Positions 56,582-64,000 of a DNA stretch of 64,000 nt are shown here, in pieces. A program made the translations under genes and the position numbers. The stretch is from assembly GCF_964355755.1 (NCBI RefSeq), contig NC_092679.1, positions 1,146,201 through 1,210,200 of the forward strand, read 5' to 3'. The notes beneath the pieces were generated by a model. The model did no database searches. It was given only the letters and a program-made list of their open reading frames with translations, and was not told where the DNA came from. The DNA is from Antedon mediterranea (lineage: Eukaryota > Animalia > Echinodermata). The stretch's first letter is position 1, and each line of letters starts with the position of its first letter.

Positions 56582-59500
56582 TAGGCTATGGGGCATGGCC
56601 TTCTATCGTTTCATTTCGTGATCCCCTATCGGGGGGGAGAATAAAATTGCTATGACAATTATAACAAAAATATAGATAACCTTAAACTGGCCGGTCCCGC
56701 TTGTAAATGTTACGCCTCAACGAAATATGTTTGTTTTTATATGTATTTTATTGCGATATAGAACATTTTTGTAGGTCAGTACAGGTCGCACAATTGACCA
56801 ATCAAAAAATTTGTCTTTTAACTCATGGAGCTGTGCAACAGTAACTGTCCAATCAGATTCCCTTACACAGCGGGATACGGCTACTAGACGATCGTAAACA
56901 AACATGTGTTGTTCTTCTGGAGCGCGGAGCAGGAAGATGTCATCTTCTGATGATCAAAAACGTTGTTATTGACACAATACATCTAATTCTGGGACAATAT
57001 TAACATTCACAGAAACCAAATGGAAAACTTTTTTAATGTGTACAAAAAGTTGGTGCAATCTAAGCGGCAATCAAAAGGAGTTTTGTAGCCGCAAATCCTT
57101 TTGAAAATATTGAGAGGAGCTTACCAATAATACTTGTTACCAATTCCTGGCGACGCTGGATGTCATAAAAAGATGCTATCAATATTTCACTGATTGTAGC
57201 AAACAAAGGCGAGCAGTAAAATATGAAATAGAGGATGTTAATTCATCCAACAATGAAGAAGGTAAATTCTATTTGTTTTAATGATAGGTCTAGCCTAGGC
57301 TAGCTAGGCCCAGTAATTAGTTCATATCATACTGCCTTGCTAAAAAAAGCCTAGCTAGGTAGGTTGGCGGTGGGTAGTCTACAAAGTTTATTTTTTTAAT
57401 ATGTATTAAGCCTACGTAGAGTAGGCTAGGCCTAGTATATAATTTTTTTTAAATATCTGGGCAAAAAAAAAATGAACCCATAATTACAATATGAATTAGG
57501 CCTAGCTAGGGTGGCCCCAGTATTATTGTGTAGTGGACCTAGTTTGATGGTACCTCCATCTTGGGAAAAAACATTTGCATTTTATTATTCAATGTGGTAA
57601 TGCATGCAAACCTTGGCAAGTAGCCTCAGGCAAGGACAGAATGGACCAACCTGATGCTTTATGTTGTTATTTGAGACATATTATTTGAATTCTTGTACTG
57701 CAATATTAAATAGTGTATAGATGATACTGAACTGATTATATTATTATATTTATTACACAAACATTTAGAATCATAAATATTAATTAGTATTCTTTTTTTT
57801 TACAGAAGAATTTCAAGGATTAGAGTCAACAGAAGAGTTACTAAACGAAGGAGAGTTCTGCGATCACATGTAGCAATTACACAAACTGCATAAAAAATGC
57901 TGAACGAAGTCGAAGAGTAGCCATCGGCTCACAAACAATTAAAATACCAAAAGCCGAACAGCAAATTCCAGAACAGTTGAAAACATTTTTATCTGCTAAT
58001 CAAGTTCTTCTTTCAAATATGAAGCATGTGTGAAGCAGATCACCTCAAGGGAATAAATGTATTCATAACATCATCATTATTATGCAATTCTATTTCAGAA
58101 TCAAATGGAAAAGTTTTAATCAAGAAGAGGCAGACACCAGAATGTTTCTGTATGCGAAGTATGCTGCACACCATGGTGGTAAAGATATTGTTACAATCAG
58201 CCCTGACACTGATGATGTTTTTATTATTGGATTGGCATTTTGCAAAAGTCTGCATGGCTGTCACCTATATTTCAATACTGGAAAAGATGCTAATCTCCGA
58301 ACAATTCATCTGCAGGCTATTCAGGAACATATTGGAAATGATGTTTCAAATGCATTAATTAGACTACATTGCTTCACAGGATGCGATTCAGTCAGCGCTT
58401 TTTTAGGAACGGTAAAGTGAAGGCAATGAAACTCGTAATGGAAAACTCTAATTTATGCATTCTTTTCATTGGGCAATTCTACCAGCAAACTTTCAGATAA
58501 ATTACTTTGTGATCTAGAAACATTTGTATGTAGGCTGTACAGTATTGTCACAAGAACCAATCTGTCAATGAAGTAAGGTATGCAATGTTCTCAATGAATG
58601 TAAGAGCTGAAAATATGATGCCACACAATAAAGATACTGTATATAAACATATTCAGCATGCCAATTCTCAAGCTTCAATTCACAAAGCTAGTTTTATTCA
58701 ACAACAAAATGCTCCATCTCCTGTTGGAAATGGGTGGAAGATGGCCGATAATAAACTCGTAATTGACTGGATGGAGAAGCAACCTGCTCTACACAGCATT
58801 CTCGAATTGTCATCCTGGTCATGTAAAAAGTCAAAATGCAATGAAGGGGTTGCAAATGAAAAATGCTGTGTATCCTTAGGATTCTCTTGTACAGAATTAT
58901 GCTCGTGCAAAAACTGTAACAATCTTCTTCATACATCAGATGTTTGAAATTGATGGAGATGATAGCGATGATGAGGAAGAGTTTGAGCAGGAAGAACTTT
59001 TTAGTGTAGTTTAAGTGTAATTTATGGTTTACAAATGTTCATTTTACTTGGTCTACATGATTTTAATGTAATAGGCCTATAATATGTAAATTTATATTAA
59101 ACTATTTTGTAACTTAACTATTTTGTAACGTAAAGGATGAACCACGAGAAAGTATAAATAAAGAACCCATGAGGTGATAAGCAATATTAAGACACAGGAG
59201 TATTATAAGAAAATTTCTACTTTGATGCTTACAATACATTAATATGCCTATAAAATGTAAATTTATATTAAACTATTTTGTAACTTAACTATTTTGTAAC
59301 GTAACGGATGAACCATGAGATGATAAGCGATATTAAGACACAGGAGTATTATAAGAAACTTTCTACTTTGATGCTTACAATACATTAATATGCCTATAAA
59401 ATGTAAATTTATATTAAACTATTTTGTAACTTAACTATTTTGTAACGTAACGGATGAACCATGAGAAAGTATAAAATAAAGAACCCATGAGATGATAAGC

Positions 59501-60213
59501 AATATTAAGAAACAGGAGTATTATAAGAAACTTTGCTGTAATAATTTCATTTATTTGTTACTAATTGATTATAATTCTATGTTATACATCTACAATGAAA
59601 ACAATAATGCAACATTTGATTTATTACTAATTGATTATAATTCTATGTTATGCATCCAATGAAAACAAAAAGTTGCAATTATATAGGAGAGATAATATTA
59701 ATAAATATTTTGTGACAGCATAGTCATGAATTATAAGATTGAAAATGCATCTTCTTTTCAGTGTGCTTAAATAAATATTAATTAAGGTTTACTAACAGAT
59801 ACATTTCTTACAAGGACTACAATATTAATCTCAAAATTATGATAAAAATATTGCATGTTAAATGTGAAAGAAAGATACAGTATAAGTTATTCCAATGGAA
59901 CGATTGTATTTTATCCAGTACTAACACTAACAGAAAATAATAGAAAAAATAGAAAAAAAAATAAAAAAAAAAAAAAAAAAATAAAATAAAAAAAAAATAG
60001 AGGGCGCTATTTCTATGTATTTCTTTATGTTGAGAAATTCGATTTTTTTACACCTAAAATTACACTTATTGCGTAACTTTTGAAAGCGGGACCGGCTGAA
60101 TTTGTGTTAATCTAATTATTAACTATAAACTGTGTGAATATCTTCCTCCCCCCCGTTAGGAGATCACGAAATTCGTTTTCTAGGCCTCTTTTTGGCTCAT
60201 GCCCCACAGACAA
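56582..60213 (+). mobile_element. Decayed Academ(X)-like DNA transposon (XPG-like nuclease plus Cys-rich tail)
   Basis: ~135-bp imperfect TIRs (56582-56715 versus 60071-60213) share ggggcatg, atttcgtgatc, gggggga, gccggtccc and gttacgc. The frameshifted ORF has EEADTR, DTDDV, LHCFTGCDSVSAF, PSPVGNGW and CTELCSCKNCNN. No TSD found. Confidence 0.75.
59078..59535. repeat. Three imperfect tandem copies (~150-170 bp) inside the transposon 3' region
   Basis: tgtaaatttatattaaactattttgtaacttaactattttgtaacgtaa... at ~59085, ~59255 and ~59402. Confidence 0.88.
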
Positions 60214-60218
60214 TAATT

Positions 60219-63200
60219 ATGGCAGGACAGCACGAACTAGGCAGTGGTATGTAATTTTGAATATTAGCCTATTATAGTAGCTTAAGAATGTAGTATTGAG
60301 TAGGTGCTAATTGACAACTATTGACAATTGCGCTTATGAAAATTGTTTTCGCCATAATTTTCGTCTGATTAATTAAAAGTAGGCATATTTATAATTACGG
60401 TATAGTTAGTTAACGGTAGGTTTAAATTAGTAGGCCTATCCTAGTATTCAATTACAGTTTATTAAATATAAAATATTATAAAATTGTTTCCGCCACACAG
60501 TTCACATAATACATGCAGGAGAGGACATAACATTATTGCATAAGTTAAGAGATGCTCTAGATCTAGAGAATGAAGAAGCCAACCTAGATACCAGCTGCCA
60601 TTTCAGGAGGTTCTATAGCAAAGGTAATTTTAAATAGTTTAACGATTGTGATGTCATGGGAAAAACATTTAAAATGTATTTTATTGATTGATGATTGATT
60701 GATGAGGTGGTACTGTCAACTCTCCCAAAAGTGGCCCGTCTGAAAAAGGTCCCGAATTCATTGTTAGCATACGGGGCTTTTAAAAAAACCCAGACATACT
60801 AGGCCAGCCCAAAGGTGTCCAGTATTGGATAATTGACTGTATCACAGATACTAGCACAGTGATTGATAAAGAAAGTACCAAATTACAAAGGTTACCTGTA
60901 TTCAATCATAGTTAATTATTATTAAACAGATACCAACATAGCGCAAATAATATTGAAGGATTTGGAAGATTTTGTTGCTAGCTGCAATGAAAACAAACAG
61001 AATAAATGCATGTTGATTGTCAGTGACCGTCTCAATGATGAATTGAATAAATCACCCGAATACATCGACAAAATTAAAAAATGTAAGTTTTAGAAGTTAG
61101 AAAATTGCTTAAGTTGTTTTATTCTAAATTGTATGTAAACTCCTAGCATCGAGTCAAAAGACCTTAGCCTGAATATGTTGAGTATTGTGGTTGAGGGATT
61201 CTTTATAATTCAAATTTCTACATTCGCGCCTGAATGAAATGTCAAGTTATCAATTTTTCAATCAACAACAACATTTATTTAGAAAACAGTTCATGAAATA
61301 AAAACAGCATACATTAATTACAATAACTTAAAATGGTAACATTAAATAAGAACTGTTTCAGGGATCAGAAAAAGAAGTAAAAAAACTTGTCAAATACCAA
61401 CCCCTAAACAAAAACAACAGAAGAGCAACTGCAGGACAAATCATTAGAAAATAATATTGTCTGATCTTTTTTTACATAAAATTGTACTCAACTTTCATTC
61501 TGTCATTTTTCTTACAGTAATATTGAATGACGTCACAAATGGGTCAAATTTCGTTCTAATTACTATAAATACAAACAACACCATTTTTTCTGAAAACAGT
61601 TTTGAGCAAATCAAAGTGGCACATGAAGATGAAGAAGATTATGAGGCAGTTGCAAAGAATTCCATTGCCATATGGTGTAGTAAGTGGAATAATATTGTGG
61701 AACGAAATGTTCGATAAATACACAGCATTTAAATAAATAAAAAATAATGTTATTCACACACTCTTTTAAATTCTGTGGCAATAAAATATATGAAATGAAA
61801 TAATACCGTATGACAGTAAAATTTGAATTGTGTTTCAAGAAAACCCCGTCTCTATGACCCTTTGTAAGGGGTCACAGTAACAATGAAAGCTGCTCATTTT
61901 GTATTATAAATTCAAGAAGACTTTATACAATAAAAAGCCAATTAACACCTACAGTATTCAATTTGAATTCTGCACCCTGCTAGATTTGTATTAAACCATT
62001 TGACACATATTTTGTTGATAATTATTACATAATTCTTTTTATTTATTTTCTTTTTTATTATTGTATTTATATGTATCACATGGAAAGTTTGTCTGAAATT
62101 GAATTGAATGTGAAGCATTTATCAAAATTGTATATTTTTTTTTTTATTCTCAGGAAATCAATCGGACCTATCAAAAACTTCTAAAACAGGTTAGTAGCCT
62201 AAGTCATTAAAAATTAGTATTTAGAAATAACGTATTCTATAGAATATAAAATGATAAGATATAAATGGAAAGAAAGAAAATGATATTTGATTTGTCCTAT
62301 GTCCATTTAATACATTGCGAAAGAATGGAAGTTGTTTCATTGTCTGGTAGGCCTAGTACATTAGAATAATTGTAGTATTTTATTGTTACAGTCCTCAAGG
62401 CTGCTGCTGTTGGGGCAGTTGGAGGAGTAGCTGTGGCTACTGCTGGCCCAGTGCTACTAGGTTTTGGAGCAGCTGGTATTGCAGCCGGTAGCCCAGCAGC
62501 AGCAATGATGTCCGCTTCAGCCATAGCAAGTGGTGGTGGTGTAGCAGCTGGTGGTCTGGTGGCTACATTACAGTCGATCGGAGCTGTCGGCTTAAGTGCT
62601 CTAGGTACTTTGTTTGCTGGCATTGCCGGCGCCACTGTGGCTGGTGGTACTGCTGCTGCAGTGGCTGTAGCTACTCGAACCACAGGGGCCAATGTGACTG
62701 TGACTGCTGGTTCTGTGACTGCTGGTTCTGTGACTGCTGAAAGTAAGAAGAAAATTTAAAAAATTAAATTAAATTAAAAATTTAACGCAAAAGTTAATAT
62801 TTTTTTATAATTGAAGACATAAAATAAAGAATACTATATTAAACTAACTGCATAATCATGCTTGGCCTACTGTAATAAGGGGACTCTTTTAGTAGCCTAA
62901 AATAGATTAAATTAAGTACAGTATTATTGAGTTAAAAATGTATAATATTTAGTAATATATTATAATTGCGCTTTATAAATATTGTTTGCGCCACACAGTT
63001 CACATAATACATGCAGGAGAGGATAGAACATTATTGCATAAATTAAGAGATGCGCTAGAGAATGAAGCCAACCCAGATACCAGCTGCCATTTCAGGAGAT
63101 TCTATAGAAAAGGTAATTTTACATAGTTTAATGATTGTGATGTCATGGAAAAAACATTTTCAAATTAATGTTTAGAATTTAAAACACCTTTTCGATCGAA

Positions 63201-64000
63201 TACCTGGCTAAAACAATAAACAGACATGTTAGGCCAGTCCAAAGGTGATAGTTGACTATGACTATCACAAACAAACAAATAACAGCGATTAGAGAGATAG
63301 AGAGTACTAAAGTCTAATTAGTGACCTTTCACTTCTTTCAAATTTTGCTATTTAAAAAAATTAATTTTACAACCGGAGTATTCGCCCTATTGTGAGATTC
63401 TGCCTCATGTTGGTGACATTTAAACTTAAAATCTCACAAAAATATTATTAACACTCAAAGTTAATTATTACTAAACAGATACCAACATAGCGCAAACAAT
63501 ATTGAAGGATTTGGAAGATTTTGTTGCTAGCTGCAATGAAAACAAACAGAATAAATGCATGGTGATTGTCAGTGATCGTTTCAATAATGAAATGAATGAA
63601 TCACCCGAACATATCGACAACATTAAAAAATGTAAGTTTTAGAAAGAAGTTGGGTAGCGATATTATAGTCAGGCCTTGTCTTTTTGTCAAATTGCAGGTG
63701 AGTTGCAAATTAAAATCTTGAACATTCACATTTAAGTGTGCCATAAATGCCACACCTCAGGGGCATTTTGCATGAGTGTTAAGAAGGCATCTGATCGCAC
63801 TCCTATGCCTTAAAAGACAAGGCCCGTATATTGTGTGTATTGATGTTCCTAAATGACAAACTATACAGTATTAAAAATAATATTGTCTGTTCGTTCTGTT
63901 TTACGTAATACTCAATATTTTAACATTTCATTCTGTAATATTTCTTATAGTATTGAATGATGTCAATAATACAAACGGGTCATTTGTTCTACTCGTTATG
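60219..64000 (+). CDS. Modular gene: TIR-like domain, ISG12/IFI27 domain, second TIR-like domain (runs off the right edge)
   Basis: Exons 60219-60246, 60501-60623, 60930-61082, 61518-61679, 62154-62189, 62392-62742 (or through the stop at 62759), 62999-63112, 63479-63631 and 63951->64000. All introns are phase 1 GT-AG and there are no stops. The ISG12 motif [43 protein letters not shown] is clear; the TIR-like call is from pattern only. Confidence 0.75.

Noticed and set aside
58026-58947. Tesmin/KIF4-like CXC or FEN1/XPG host gene
   Set aside because: Multiple frameshifts and enclosure by TIRs indicate a transposon relic.
62297-62692. 131-aa Ala/Pro-rich minus-strand ORF
   Set aside because: Antisense shadow of the Gly/Ala-rich ISG12 exon.

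Overview
AT-rich, intron-rich animal DNA, probably from a marine invertebrate deuterostome (inferred from a Deu-domain SINE and an echinoderm-type ependymin-related gene). I built the gene models by hand from GT-AG junctions and reading phase. In order: the 5' part of an SLC5 Na+/myo-inositol-glucose cotransporter (-, runs off the left edge, with a frameshifted duplicate of exon 1 further upstream); JKAMP (+); an ependymin-related gene only fragmentarily visible in the ORF track (+); PLD3 (-) head-to-head with cathepsin F (+); two tandem K2P/KCNK channels (+); and a multi-exon gene at the right edge. That last gene joins a divergent TIR-like alpha/beta domain to an ISG12/IFI27 domain, then splices in phase into a second copy of the TIR-like domain. 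It is the best candidate for something undescribed, but the TIR call rests on pattern only. Mobile DNA includes RTE, L1/Tx1 and CR1 LINE pieces, two decayed Academ(X)-like transposons, a Helitron carrying a tRNA/Deu SINE, hAT/Kolobok/Harbinger-type MITEs, a Penelope-type hammerhead relic and several minisatellites. No alignments or searches were run.
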